A stretch of 64,000 nucleotides of DNA from positions 3,968,001-4,032,000 of the forward strand of contig OX597833.1 in assembly GCA_951406725.2 (NCBI GenBank), written 5' to 3'. Numbering within the stretch: position 1 is the stretch's first letter; each line of letters starts with the position of its first letter. Both the position numbers and the translations under genes were made by a program. Below are positions 1 to 13,171 of this stretch, one piece after another. The DNA is from Octopus vulgaris (lineage: Eukaryota). Below the pieces are notes generated by a model. That model was not told the DNA's origin. It was given only the letters and a program-made list of their open reading frames with translations, and made no database searches.

Positions 1-509
1 CAAATTTCTTTGACCGTTTGGAACAGAAAGTCTATGTCATAGTTGAAGGAGGGAAACCGGTAGATATTCGTGTCAACCCGATTGTAGTGGTTACATTCTC
101 TTTCGGGGGAGTAAGTGAGAGCGAATTCTTTGGAGAAAATCTGGTCAGAAACTTGGCACTTTTCCTCGGTATTTCCGCTAGTAAGGTGAGAATTGTAGAT
201 ATTGTGAAAGAAGGTACAGCCAGACGTAAGAAACGGGCTGTGTCCGGGGTGAAAGTCACCACGGAGATCGGGGATCAGCCGTCCAGTGAGAGTAATGTTA
301 CAAACTCCAGTGTTCCCGCCAACAGTTCTTTGTCGTCTCAAAGTTTGCAGAACATCTCGTCGCAGTTAGTGAACAGCCGACAGTTGAGATCTTTGGATCA
401 GCACCTTAATTACCAAATAGTCAGTATGGCGATGACCCCTCCTGTGGTTCCAGTCACTGACCCTAACTGGAGCAAGACGCAACAGACGAACTCTACTTAC
501 GCAGTCAAG
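1..509 (+). CDS. PKHD1L1: Fibrocystin-L (PKHD1L1)-like protein, internal exon (5' end outside window)
   Basis: Frame is open from nt 3: NFFDRLEQKVYVIVEGGKPVDIR...FFGENLVRNLALFLGISASKVRIVDIV...RRKKRA...EIGDQP. This matches the recalled PKHD1L1 C-terminal region (NLVKNLALFLKIP..KIRI..RRKR..EIGDPP). Donor AAG|GTAAAT at 509/510, phase 0. Confidence 0.85.
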
Positions 510-513
510 GTAA

Positions 514-552
<39 letters not shown>

Positions 553-597
553 ATAATAATAATAATAATAATAATAATAAGGTATAAAATAAGGTAT

Positions 598-1062
598 AAA
601 AGATGGGCTACAGCAAATATTCTGCTCAATACCACAGATTTGCTTGTCAGTTGTTTGACCTTAACCAGTTGAGCATGTCCCTTAGTGGCTGACGATATGT
701 GCATCTCTGATCACGAGCAGAAGTAGTGGGGGAGCATCATAGCCATGTGTTGAGAGGGATTCTTTGGGGTTTGAATAGTTCACCTCTGGAAACATGGGTG
801 GTTCTTTCAACATCCTTAAACAACCCTTATTCAGGGACCGTTTGAGCGGGATGGGCTACTCAACCTGAAGAAAATTCTAACTGGGCCCCACCTGCAAGGT
901 CATGTGCTGTTTATCTTGATATGAGATCACCATGTCGCGCACATATGGTTGTGATGCATGTGCCTGGTGTACCTTTATCAGACGGGTAGTCATGATGGGT
1001 ATATTGGGCTTCGTATATTTTACCCCAGTGTCACTTTGATTGCATCCACTGCTCTCTCACTC
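598..1062 (+). mobile_element. ~465-bp dispersed non-autonomous element between (AAT)n runs, copy 1
   Basis: Same sequence and same ends (aaagatgggctacagc...gctctctcact) at 18781 and 48758. Confidence 0.85.
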
Positions 1063-1116
<54 letters not shown>

Positions 1117-1924
1117 TATTATTATTATTATCATCATAATGATAATTAATAATAATGATGATGATTATAATAATGATGATGATGATGATGATGATGACAG
1201 ACTCCCCTGTCGAAGACGATGCATGAGTTTCCAGCACTTTTGCCCAACGACCTACACAAATGATTTGTTTTTAGAGATCAAATGTTCATGCCGTACATTA
1301 GCTCCCCCTCTCTCTCTCTCCCCGTCAAATCGACTTTGCATGAACAGGTGCACAAGTCTACCATGTGTCAGGTTTCGAAGTGATCGCAGAGCAAAGTGAG
1401 GTGAAATGTTTTGCTCAAGAACACAACGTGCCCACCTGGTCTAGGAATTGAAACCACGATCTCGCGAGCGTGAAGGCAACACCTTAAACCACTAGGCCAG
1501 AAATTTGTGGGGAGGCGAATGGGGGGGGGGGGCTAGTCGATTACATCGACCCCCAGTACTCAACTGGTACTTATTTTATCGATCTCGAAAGGATGAAAAG
1601 CAAATACGACATCGGCGGAATCTGAACTCAAAAACGCGCAGACGGATGAAATGCCACTAAGCATTTTGTCCGGCATGCTGTGGATTCTGCTAGCTCGCTG
1701 CCTTCAATAACAACAACAAAAATAATTGTTTCTAATTTAGTTACAAAGCTGGTACTTGGTTGGTACTTTATCTTATCGACTCTGAAAGGATGAAAGGCAA
1801 AGCTGACCTCAGTGGAATTTGAACTCACAACATAAAAGCAGACGAAATGCTGCTAAGCCCGTTGACCGATGTTCTAACGATTCTTCCAACAACCTCAATA
1901 AAATTTCTTTTACTTGTTTCGCAG

Positions 1925-2020
1925 GTACCAGACATAATGAAGCTGGTTATTAGCCCGAAGGTGTCCTACGAAGGTGGGGTATTTAATCAGGGGCCATGCC
2001 TTCAATTCTTAGATACCTCG
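1925..2020 (+). CDS. PKHD1L1: PKHD1L1-like exon
   Basis: Acceptor tttcgcag|GTA and donor TCG|gtgagt; 96 nt, phase 0/0; VPDIMKLVISPKVSYEGGVFNQGPCLQFLDTS. Confidence 0.8.
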
Positions 2021-3162
2021 GTGAGTATTTTCTTAAGAAGGTTCTCTGCTGAGATATTATATCCATGCAGACGTATATAAAAGGGTTTGTGATGTGAATA
2101 TGATGTACATTAGTGTGTGTGTGTGTGTGTGTATATAAGAGAGAAAGAGTATATGTGTGTGTGTGTGTGTATGAGAGAGAGAGAGAGTATGTGTGTATGA
2201 GAGAGAGAGTATATGTGACTGTGTGTGTGTGTGTATAAGAGAGAGAGAGAGTATGTGTGTGAATGTGTGTGTGTGTGTGTGTATAAGAGAGAGTATGTGT
2301 GAGTGTGTGTATATGTGTGTGTGAGAGAGAGTATGTGTGAGTGTGTATGTGTATATGTGTATAAGAGAGAGAGAGTATGTGTGTGTGTGTAGAGAGAGAG
2401 AGAATATGTGTGTGTGTGTGTGTGTGTGTGTGATATTTTGTGAGTGTGTATGTATACGGCTTTATCCGTACATGTAATTATACACCCATGACTTTCAAAA
2501 ATATTTTTTTACATCCAGAATTATCAAAGCAATAGATATACCACCTGCATCAGTTGTTAGGTGTGAGGACATTGTTTTCTTCAAAAATTCCCTGCTTCCT
2601 GAAATTCGCTAGCACTATTCCTGATGTGTAGAAGCATCGTTTCCTCTCTTTGGCTTTTCTGTCTGTTCGTCTTTTACTTTGTGTACTCTGCGCGTGTACT
2701 TTTGATTATGCTTCCTTAAGAACTATCTAAATATTCCGTCCGCACTCTAGCGGTGCCATGGTGACGAAATTTAAAACAAGATTGAGCAACCATCTTAATT
2801 CTTTTAATGATAAGAATCTACCAAGCACTTCATTAGCTAGATTAATCTAAGAGTTGAAAGTAACTAATATAAACCATTCCAGCTTTTGGTCCATATATCT
2901 TCGAAACCGTTGTTAGTTAGGCATTCTTATAATTGGGGTTGCTTATTGAAAAGCATCATTTTAGCGTCCACTTTTTCATGCTTGCTTGGGTCAGGTGGCA
3001 TTTGTGGAGTAAATTTTGTATGGCTGAATGCTTTTCCTGTCACTAATCTTCCTGTTTCCAAGTCAGTTATTTCTCAAAGAACAGGCATCTTTTCATAAAA
3101 CTATTATTATCATTATTGTTGTTATTTATGTTATTGTTAATGTTATTATTATTTTATTCCAG

Positions 3163-3537
3163 GGTAACCCATTAAACATCCTTGGAACTCTCGAAAATCC
3201 ATGGCGCATTTCGGCCACTTTAGTAAAGGGCAAAGGTAGCCACGCCAACGCTGTCCTATCGGGAACGACCGAAGTTTCGCTGTATGATGGCTGGGCCAAC
3301 TTTACAAATATTGCTATATCTCACAAAGGCTCTGACTATGGCCTTACATTCCAAGTTAGTTATCCCTCTGATGCTGGAAAATTCGCTGCCAAAGTAGAAC
3401 CATCACTAATCGTGCCAAAACGGCCACTTTCATTGATGATAACACCATCACAGTTTGTTGCAGGGAAAAGTAAAAACTTGAATATAATTCTCATCGACAT
3501 CATCACGAAGCTGACCATCCCTAATATAAAATGGAGG
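3163..3537 (+). CDS. PKHD1L1: PKHD1L1-like exon
   Basis: ttattccag|GGT ... AGG|gtgagt; 375 nt, phase 0/0; GNPLNILGTLENPWRISATL...GWANFTNIAISHKGSDYGLTF, typical of fibrocystin-L. Confidence 0.85.
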
Positions 3538-4442
3538 GTGAGTTTGGTTTTAGATTTATTTGCAAACACTACTTTTAATATCGCATTTTTAGCTTTAGCT
3601 TCTTATATTTACAGGTCTGGTGCCAGACATTTTATACCTTAGACCAACATACAATGTTTGTCCACTTCATCAAGCTCTAAAATATGTACCCCCTTCTTGC
3701 CCGATAACATGTTCCCTTTTCTCACTACAATGTGCACCCACTTTTTTCAGCCTCCTTCTAGTTCTACAATGTACCCTTCTTTTTTCCAGTCTGCAATGAG
3801 CACCCTCTTCAGCCAACCCTACAATGTGCATCCCTTTCTCCTACCACCTACAACATCTTATCCCCACAATGTACGCCTCCTTCTCTCAGCCCTTTAATAT
3901 GTGTTCCTTCCTCCCAGTTCAACAATGTTCCCTTCCATCTCCAACCCTTACAATGTATTCCCCTTTCTAACTCTACATGTGCCCTCTTTTCCCTGTATTG
4001 TGCAGCCCATTCTCCCAACCTTGCAATATGTGCCCCATTTTCCCCAGCCCTACAATGTGTGTTTCTCCTGTTAGCCCTCCATCTCCAATTTTTTCCTCAA
4101 CATCCACCCATCATCTTCATTATACCTGCTGGAAAATGATGTAAAAAGTTATATTTAATTTGTAAACAAGAATTAAATACTTTATTATCTCTGTTCTATA
4201 TATATATATATATATATAAATATTAAAATTACTAAGTCTCTATAAAAGAGATTATGGCAGCGTTTACTGGAAATTAATTGTTATCGCCATATTGATATGG
4301 CATTCTTATAGATATAAGAATAATCGCTGCCATGGTCAGCTCCATGAGGCCACCGCCATCAAGATAGCTATTGATACACGATCTGTATCCATTATAACCT
4401 TCGAACAAGGGAGGTCAGCCGCTTCACACTGCCAGTCCGACA

Positions 4443-4484
4443 GCTACAGACGCTTTTCGGGGTATTGCCCCTTGTCAATGTAGC
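4443..4484 (-). ncRNA. Minimal type-I hammerhead ribozyme motif, degenerate core
   Basis: Minus strand reads GCTACA-TTGACAA-GGGG(CAATA)CCCC-GAAA-AGC-GTC-TGTAGC: perfect 6-bp stem I, 4-bp stem II and a GUC site; the CUGANGA box is mutated. Confidence 0.65.
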
Positions 4485-4615
4485 GCAGTCAGACCCGCAG
4501 GTGTCGCCACTGACGTCTCTGTTCGAAGGCTTATATTTACCTAGTTTCAGTGGAATACATCCACTTGTTTTCAATAATAGAAATATTAAAATTATATGAA
4601 TTTATACTCGCATTA

Positions 4616-6479
4616 CTACCCGTCGCTGATCGGGTAATTACTTTTACTGTTTCTCAGGGTGAGTATTTTGTGTTTGAGTGATTGTAGATATTGTTGTGTT
4701 GTTTGGGGTGTCAATTTTGTGGAGATTTGGAGTAGTAATTGTTTCTTCATTTTCGATGAGTGTCTTGCAGATGTCCTTGGTTTGGGAGTTGGTTTATTCT
4801 TGGTTGTTGTTGTTGGTGTTGTTTCTGTTCTTGGTGCAGTTGGTGGTGTTGTTTGGTTGGTGAGGTTTGTTTTTTGTTGATTTTCTGTGATTAGTCCTGT
4901 TTGTACAAATTGTGGTGTGGGTAGTAAAGCTGGCTTTTTTGTTTTTTCCGGCTGCTGTTGTTGTTGCTGTTGTTTTCTTGCGGCATATTTGCAATCTTTT
5001 TTTAGGTGTTGCTCACTGCCGCATATGTAGCAACGTGGTCTTCTGCCATCGACGACCACATACAACTTGTGGTCTTCTGATACACATATCTGGGTGGGTA
5101 TTTTCTTTATGTCATCTTGGTTTATGTGTAGTAGAAATTCTACTCTTTTTCCCACCCAGTTTTTGTGTTCCGTGACCGTAGTTTCTAAAATTGTGAAATC
5201 ATCCATTTTCACACATAAGGCCTTTACTAGCCATAGATTGTTCGCTATTTTTGGGACATTGTTTAAAGTGATCTTAGTCACTTTCTGTCCACGATAGCTT
5301 GGTATTAATGTCAGTTCATCTGAATGAAGAGTTAGCATTGAGAAACGTTTTGCTAACTCTTCAGTGTGGAAGACCACTTGTATGTGTGCGAACTTGTTCC
5401 ACCAGGTCACATACTCTTTGTAGTTCCAGATGGGTTTCAAGCATTTTTCGATTTTGCTTGTGTTAGCCTTCTCTGGACTTTTTGTTTTCTTATTAATTAT
5501 TTTATATATAATAGTTCTTTTTTTTTCATTTTCTAATATTTCTTGTGGTATGTTTATTTTTACTATACCATCTATTTCCGTTATTAAAATTTTCGTATCT
5601 TTTATCTGCTGTGCAGTAAAATATACAGTTGTCTTTTTTTCTTTTATCACCTCTGCGAAATTTGTTGTTGTTTTGTTATTGTTGTTGCTGATGGTGATGT
5701 TGTTGTTGGTTGCAGTTGGTAAAATCGGTGTATTTGGTTTGATTGTGCAAGTAGGAAGGGGTGGAAAATTACTTGCATAGTGTGTCCCTGTGTTCGAGCA
5801 GCTTTTGTCAATTTGTTTGGTGGTCACAGTCTTTTGTTTATTCCCTTCAGTTCTTGGTGTTGGAGGAAACAAGGTCTGAACGGAATTGTTGTTGTTGTTA
5901 TTGTTGTTTTTGTTGGTGGTGGTGTCAGTGGCAGAAGAGACAGCTGTGGCAGCAGATGTCGAAATGGTGGCGCAATTGTTGTTATTCTTGTTGTCATTGT
6001 TATTGTTGTTGTTGTTGTTGGTAGTTGAGGTAGTGGATGAGGTGGCAGTGGTGGTGGTGGTGGAGGCGGTGGTGGTAGCAGTAGTAGTCTCGTTGTTGTT
6101 GTTGTTAGTGGTGGTGGTGACAGTGCTGTTATCGCAAGTGGTTGCAGCGTTCACTACCACGTCATTCAGGTTTGCACTTTGCGTGCATGAGTTCTTTTGT
6201 TCTTCTAGCGTTTCCAGACTAGGAGAATGTTGGTCGATAAAGGAACGCGACCAGCGTTCTACAATACAATTTCTCGACATTTTCAAAATGTCGAGAAGAA
6301 AATTACACAAATTAAATAGGGTTGAAACTGCCCCTAGGGGCGAATTCCTCCCTTGGAAAAGCACTCAAACGAAAGTTGGGTGCCTTACACACCTTATTTA
6401 CAAAAATGTACACAAAATATGGGCTATAAATAGTCAAAATAAACGATTACCTTCGGAGCCGAAATGACAGCACGTCCGT
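4616..6479 (-). mobile_element. Tx1/L1-group non-LTR retrotransposon 5' part (5' UTR + gag-like ORF1), 3'-truncated
   Basis: ORF with zinc knuckle VVVDGRRPRCYICGSEQHLKKDC (CX2CX4HX4C, 4991-5032) after an RRM-like region; probable ATG at 6280; the 5' end abuts a (TATC)n array. Confidence 0.75.
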
Positions 6480-7259
<780 letters not shown>

Positions 7260-7425
7260 GAAAAAGATAGACAGGTACATAGATATGCATCTGTGTGTGT
7301 GTGTGTGCGTGTGTGTATTTGTTGGATAACTATCCGGAGAAAAAATATTCCCTATCAACGAAATCTGCAGTATTTCATGAACAACTGATGAAAATTTTCA
7401 GAAAACTTTAAAAAAATTTTGCTGA

Positions 7426-7655
7426 AGAGCTAGTAGAAACGTTAGCACGCCGGGCGAAATGCTTAGTGGTATTTCGTCTGCGGTTACGTTCTGAGTTCAA
7501 ATTCCGCTGAGGTCGACTTTGCCTTTCATCATTTCGGGGTCGATAAATAAAGTACCAGTGAAACACTGGGGTTGATATAACCGACTTAATCCGCTTGTCT
7601 GTCCTTGTTTGTCCTCTGTGTGTTTAGCCCCTTGTGGGTAGTAAAGAAATAGATA
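7426..7655 (+). mobile_element. tRNA-derived SINE family A (representative copy)
   Basis: B-box-like GAGTTCAATTCC, core gtcgactttgcctttcatc..tcggggtcgataaa..agtaccagt, tail agccccttgtggg..taaagaaa; many copies across the window. Confidence 0.85.
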
Positions 7656-8327
7656 GATTTTAAAGCAATCTTACACGGACCTCCAACTGTCAAATTAACT
7701 ACTGTTGGGAACCACTGATTTGGGCCCTTGTAAATCCAATATTAAAATTGACTTCGATATGAATCGAATCTTCGTTATATCTCAGAGGCAATATGTCTGA
7801 AAATAAAAAGAATTAAAAAATTGAAAAAAAAAAAAAAGAACGGAGAAATGACTGCAAAAAAAGAATTGTTTGGATTGGGCAGACGTCGGAGGTAAACACA
7901 GCCACCACCAGCAAAACCGTGACCGCCACCACAACCATTACCAGCACCAACACTACTACCACCACTACCATGACCACCACCACAACTACAACCGTTGCCA
8001 CCACCACCACCACTACTATCTCAAACAACAACACCACCACCACCAACATCAACAACAAAAGCCTTCATTGTATTGCCGAAGGTAAAAGAGAAGACATGTC
8101 AGCAATATCAAAGTCCCCCACCCCACCCCCCGACCCCAGCACCAGAGATTGAGGTTTACGAAAGATCCTGTATTAAAATCTAAGTGGAAACCCTTCTTCT
8201 TCCCGACATGTTGCTGCTATTTCAAAATGCCTCGGCCAGACTCACGCAAAAAACGCCGGGTTCCGAATTCTAGAGAGAATCGGTCGTATTAAATATATGT
8301 TGTTGTTGTTGTTGTTGTTGTTGTCGT

Positions 8328-8360
<33 letters not shown>

Positions 8361-8469
8361 CAAGCCCTCACCAAAGCCTAATCAAACAGGTCTATGATCG
8401 AAGACATCCAGTCGTGACCAACCCATCTTTTATTCAGTAACGTTTATATAAAAATAACAGCCAAAAGGT

Positions 8470-11400
8470 TTGTTGGCTGGTTGGCAGGTTGGCTGGTTGG
8501 TGGTGGATCGGTTGGTCATGACTGGTTTGTCGTTTAGATGCTGGCTGGCTGGTTTGTCGGCTGGTTGCTGGTTGGCCGGTTGGTCGGTGGGCCGCCTGGT
8601 TGGCCGGTTTGTCGGATGGTCGTCGATCGGCTGGTTGGCTGGTTTGTCGGCTGGTTGCTCGTTGGCCGGTTGGTCGGTGGGTCACCTGGTTGGCTGGTTT
8701 GTCGGATGGACGTGGATCGGTTGGTCATGACTGGTTTGTCATTTCGTTGCTGGCTGGCTGGTTTGTCGGCTGGTTACTGGTTGGCCGGTTGGTCGGTGGG
8801 TCACCTGGTTGGCTGGTTTGTCGGCTGGACGTGGATCGGTTGGTCATGACTGGTTTGTCGTTTGGTTGCTGGCTGGCTGGCTGGTTTGTCGGCTGGTTGC
8901 TCGTTGGCCGGTTGGTCGGTGGGTCGCCTGGTTGGCTGGTTTGTCGGATGGTCGTCGATTGGCTGGTTGGCCGGTTTGTCGGCTGGTTGCTGGTTGGCCG
9001 GTTGGTCGGTGGGTCACCTGGTTGGCTGGTTTGTCGGCTGGACGTGGATCGGTTGGTCATGACTGGTTTGTCGTTTAGATGCTGGCTGGCTGGTTTGTCG
9101 GCTGGTTGCTGGTTGGCCGGTTGGTCGGTGGGCCGCCTGGTTGGCTGGTTTGTCGGCTGGACGTTGATCGGTTGGTCATGACTGGTTTATCGTTTGGTTG
9201 CTGGCTGGCTGGTTTGTCGGCTGGTTGCTGGTTGGCCGGTTGGTCGGTGGGCCGCCTGGTTGGCCGGTTTGTCGGATGGTCGTCGATCGGCTGGTTGGCT
9301 GGTTTGTCGGCTGGTTGCTCGTTGGCCGGTTGGTCGGTGGGTGGCCTGGTTGGCCGGTTTGACGGATGGTCGTCGATCGGCTGGTTGGCCGGTTGGTCGG
9401 CTGGTTGCTGGTTGGCCGGTTGGTCGGTGGGCCGCCTGGTTGGCTGGTTTGTCGGCTGGACGTTGATCGGTTGGTCATGACTGGTTTGTCGGCTGGTTGC
9501 TGGTTGGCCGGTTGGTCGGTGGGCCGCCTGGTTGGCTGGTTTGTCGGATGGACGTGGATCGGTTGGTCATGACTGGTTTGTCATTTCGTTGCTGGCTGGC
9601 TGGTTTGTCGGCTGGTTGCTGGTTGGCCGATTGGTCGGTGGGTAGCCTGGTTGGCTGGTTTGTCGGATGGTCGACGATTGGCTGGTTGGCCGGTTGGTCG
9701 GTGGGTCGCCTGGTTGGCTGGTTTATCGGCTGGACGTGGATCGGTTGGTCATGACTGGTTTGTCGTTTGGTTGCTGGCTGGCTGGTTTGTCGGCTGGTTA
9801 CTGGTTGGCCGGTTGGTCGGTGGGTCGCCTGGTTGGCTGGTTTGTCGGATGGTCGTCGATTGGCTGGTTGGCCGGTTTGTCGGCTGGTTGCTGGTTGGCC
9901 GGTTGGTCGGTGGGTCACCTGGTTGGCTGGTTTGTCGGCTGGACGTGGATCGGTTGGTCATGACTGGTTTGTCGTTTGGTTGCTGGCTGGCTGGTTTGTC
10001 GGCTGGTTACTGGTTGGCCGGTTGGTCGGTGGGTCGCCTGGTTGGCTGGTTTGTCGGATGGTCGTCGATTGGCTGGTTGGCCGGTTTGTCGGCTGGTTGC
10101 TGGTTGGCCGGTTGGTCGGTGGGTCACCTGGTTGGCTGGTTTGTCGGCTGGACGTGGATCGGTTGGTCATGACTGGTTTGTCGTTTAGATGCTGGCTGGC
10201 TGGTTTGTCGGCTGGTTGCTCGTTGGCCGGTTGGTCGGTGGGCCGCCTGGTTGGCTGGTTTGTCGGCTGGACGTGGATCGGTTGGTCATGACTGGTTTGT
10301 CGTTTAGATGCTGGCTGGCTGGTTTGTCGGCTGGTTGCTGGTTGGCCGGTTGGTCGGTGGGCCGCCTGGTTGGCTGGTTTGTCGGCTGGACGTTGATCGG
10401 TTGGTCATGACTGGTTTATCGTTTGGTTGCTGGCTGGCTGGTTTGTCGGCTGGTTGCTGGTTGGCCGGTTGGTCGGTGGGCCGCCTGGTTGGCCGGTTTG
10501 TCGGATGGTCGTCGATCGGCTGGTCATGACTGGTTTGTCATTTCGTTGCTGGCTGGCTGGTTTGTCGGCTGGTTGCTGGTTGGCCGATTGGTCGGTGGGT
10601 AGCCTGGTTGGCTGGTTTGTCGGATGGTCGACGATTGGCTGGTTGGCCGGTTGGTCGGTGGGTCGCCTGGTTGGCTGGTTTATCGGCTGGACGTGGATCG
10701 GTTGGTCATGACTGGTTTGTCGTTTGGTTGCTGGCTGGCTGGTTTGTCGGCTGGTTACTGGTTGGCCGGTTGGTCGGTGGGTCGCCTGGTTGGCTGGTTT
10801 GTCGGATGGTCGTCGATTGGCTGGTTGGCCGGTTTGTCGGCTGGTTGCTGGTTGGCCGGTTGGTCGGTGGGTCACCTGGTTGGCTGGTTTGTCGGCTGGA
10901 CGTGGATCGGTTGGTCATGACTGGTTTGTCATTTGGTTGCTGGCTGCCTGGTTGGTCGGTGGGTCGCCTGGTTGGCTGGTTTGTCGGATGGTGGTCGATT
11001 GGCTGGTTGGCTGGTTTGTCGGTTGGTTGCTGGCTGCCTGGTTGGTCGGTGGGTCGCCTGGTTGGCTGGTTTGTCGGATGGTGGTCGATTGGCTGGTTGG
11101 CTGGTTTGTCAGTTGGTTGCTGGCTGCCTGGTTGGTCGGTAGGTCACCTGGTTGGCTGGTTTGTCGGCTGGACGTGGATCGCTTGGTCATGACTTGTTTG
11201 TCGGTTGGTTGCTGGCTGCCTGGTTGGTCGGTGGGGCGACTGGTTGGCTGGTTTGTCGGATGGTGGTCTATTGGCTGGTTGGCTGGTTTGTCGGTTGGTT
11301 GCTGGCTGGCTGGTTGGTCGGTGGGTCGCCTGGTTGGCTGGTTTGTCGGCTGGACGTGGATCGGTTGGTCATGACTGGTTTGTCGGCTGGTTGCTGGCTG

Positions 11401-12882
11401 CCTGGTTGGTCGGTGGGTCGCCTGGTTGGCTGGTTTGTCGGTTGGTTGTTGGCTGCCTGGTTGGTCAGTGGGTCGTCTGGTTGGCTGGTTTGTCGGATGG
11501 TGGTCGATTGGTTGGTTGGCTGGTTTGTCGGTTGGTTGCTGGCTGCCTGGTTGGTCAGTGGGTCGCCAAGTTGGCTGGTTTGTCGGCTGGACGTGGATCG
11601 GTTGGTCATGACTGGTTTGTCGGTTGGTTGCTGGCTGCCTGGTTGGTCGGTGGGTCGCCTGGTTGGCTGGTTTGTCGGTTGGTTGTTGGCTGCCTCGTTG
11701 GTCGGTGGGTCGTCTGGTTGGCTGGTTTGTCGGATGGTGGTCGATTGGTTGGTTGGCTGGTTTGTCGGTTGGTTGCTGGCTGCCTGGTTGGTCAGTGGGT
11801 CGCCAAGTTGGCTGGTTTGTCGGCTGGACGTGGATCGGTTGGTCATGACTGGTTTGTCATTTGGTTGCTGGTTGGCTGGTTTGTCGGATGGTGGTCGATT
11901 GGCTGGTTGGCTGGTTTGTCGGTTGGTTGCTGGTTGGCCGGTTGGTCGGTGGGTCGCCTGGTTGGCTGGTTTGTCGGTTGGTTGCTGGCTGCCTGGTTGG
12001 TCGGTGGGTCGCCTGGTTGGCTGGTGTGTCGGATGGTGGTCGATTGGCTGGTTGGCTGGTTTGTCGGTTGGTTGCTGGCTGCCTGGTTGGTCGGTGTGTC
12101 ACCTGGTTGGCTGGTTTGTCGGCTGGACGTAGATCGGTTGGTCATGACTGGTTCGTTGGTTGGTTGCTGGTTGGCTGGTTGGTCGGTGGGTCGCCTGGCT
12201 GGCTGGTTTGTCGGTTGGTGGTCGATTGACTGGTTGGCTGGTTTGTCGGTTGGTTGCTGGTTGGCTGGTTGGTCGGTGGGTCGCCTGGCTGGCTGGTTTG
12301 TCGGTTGGTGGTCGATTGGCTGGTTGGCTGGTTTGTCGGTTGGTTGCTGGTTGGCTAGTTTGTCGGTTGGTCGCCTGGCTGGCTGGTTTGTCGGATGGTC
12401 TTCAGATCCGCTGGCTGGCTGGTTGGTCGGTGGGTCACCTGGTTGGCTGGTTTGTCGGTTGGACGTGGATCGGTTGGTCATGGCTGGTTTGTCGGTTGGT
12501 TGCTGGTTGGCCGGTTGGTCGGTGGGTCGCCTGGTTGGCTGGTTTGTTGGCTGGTTGGCTGGTTTGTCGGCTGGTTGCTGGGTGGCTGGTTGTTTGGTGG
12601 GTCGCCTGGTTGGCTGGTTTGTTGGCTGGTTGGCTGGCTTGTCGGCTGGTTGCTGGGTGGCTGGTTGTTTGGTGGGTCGCCTGGTTGGCTGGTTTGTCGC
12701 TTGGACGTGGATGGGTTGGTCATGACTGGTTTGTCGGTTGGTTGCTGGCTGGCTGGTTTGTCGGCTGGTTGCTGGTTGGCTGGTTGTTCGTTGGTTCGCC
12801 TGGTTGGCTGGTTTATCAGTTGGACGTGGATCGGTTGGTCATGACTGGTTGGTCGGTGGGTCGCCTGGTTGACTGGTTTGTC
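8470..12882. repeat. GT-rich complex minisatellite with ~119-bp and ~90-bp units and 209-bp and 957-bp higher-order repeats
   Basis: Recurrent anchor GACGTGGATCGGTTGGTCATGACTGGTTTGTC; identical or near-identical ORF translations offset by 119 (10189/10308), 209 (9749/9958) and 957 (9667/10624). Confidence 0.95.
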
Positions 12883-13086
12883 AATTTCAGTCAAATTTAG
12901 TTAATATATACTTGAACTGGTTAATGCTATAAACGATATTCATAAACAAATCCGAAAGGCTTTGTAAGTCATGTAGAGAAAATTATGACGGAAGGCTTAT
13001 AGTATAATATAATTATGTGTGTGTGTGCATATAAATATGAATATATATATTAGACAGACAAACAGACAGATATAAATAGATTGGCT

Positions 13087-13153
<67 letters not shown>

Positions 13154-13171
13154 GGATAGATAGATAGATAT

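Noticed and set aside
510-587. Poly-D/N tail of the first ORF
   Set aside because: Intronic microsatellite after the donor at 509/510.
5886-6467. Hydrophobic 193-aa ORF antisense to LINE ORF1
   Set aside because: Shadow of trinucleotide runs inside ORF1.
7860-8183. T/H/Q-rich ORFs that might be another LINE ORF1 start
   Set aside because: Only low-complexity ACC/AAC repeats; no domain motif or splice support.
8470-12882. CRISPR-like appearance (recurrent anchor at intervals)
   Set aside because: The intervening sequences are themselves repeats rather than unique spacers; eukaryotic context and no cas genes.
8434-12900. Dozens of long W/G/L/V-rich or Q/P/T-rich ORFs (up to 506 aa)
   Set aside because: By-product of an A-poor tandem repeat with few stop codons; open in many frames and located in an intron.
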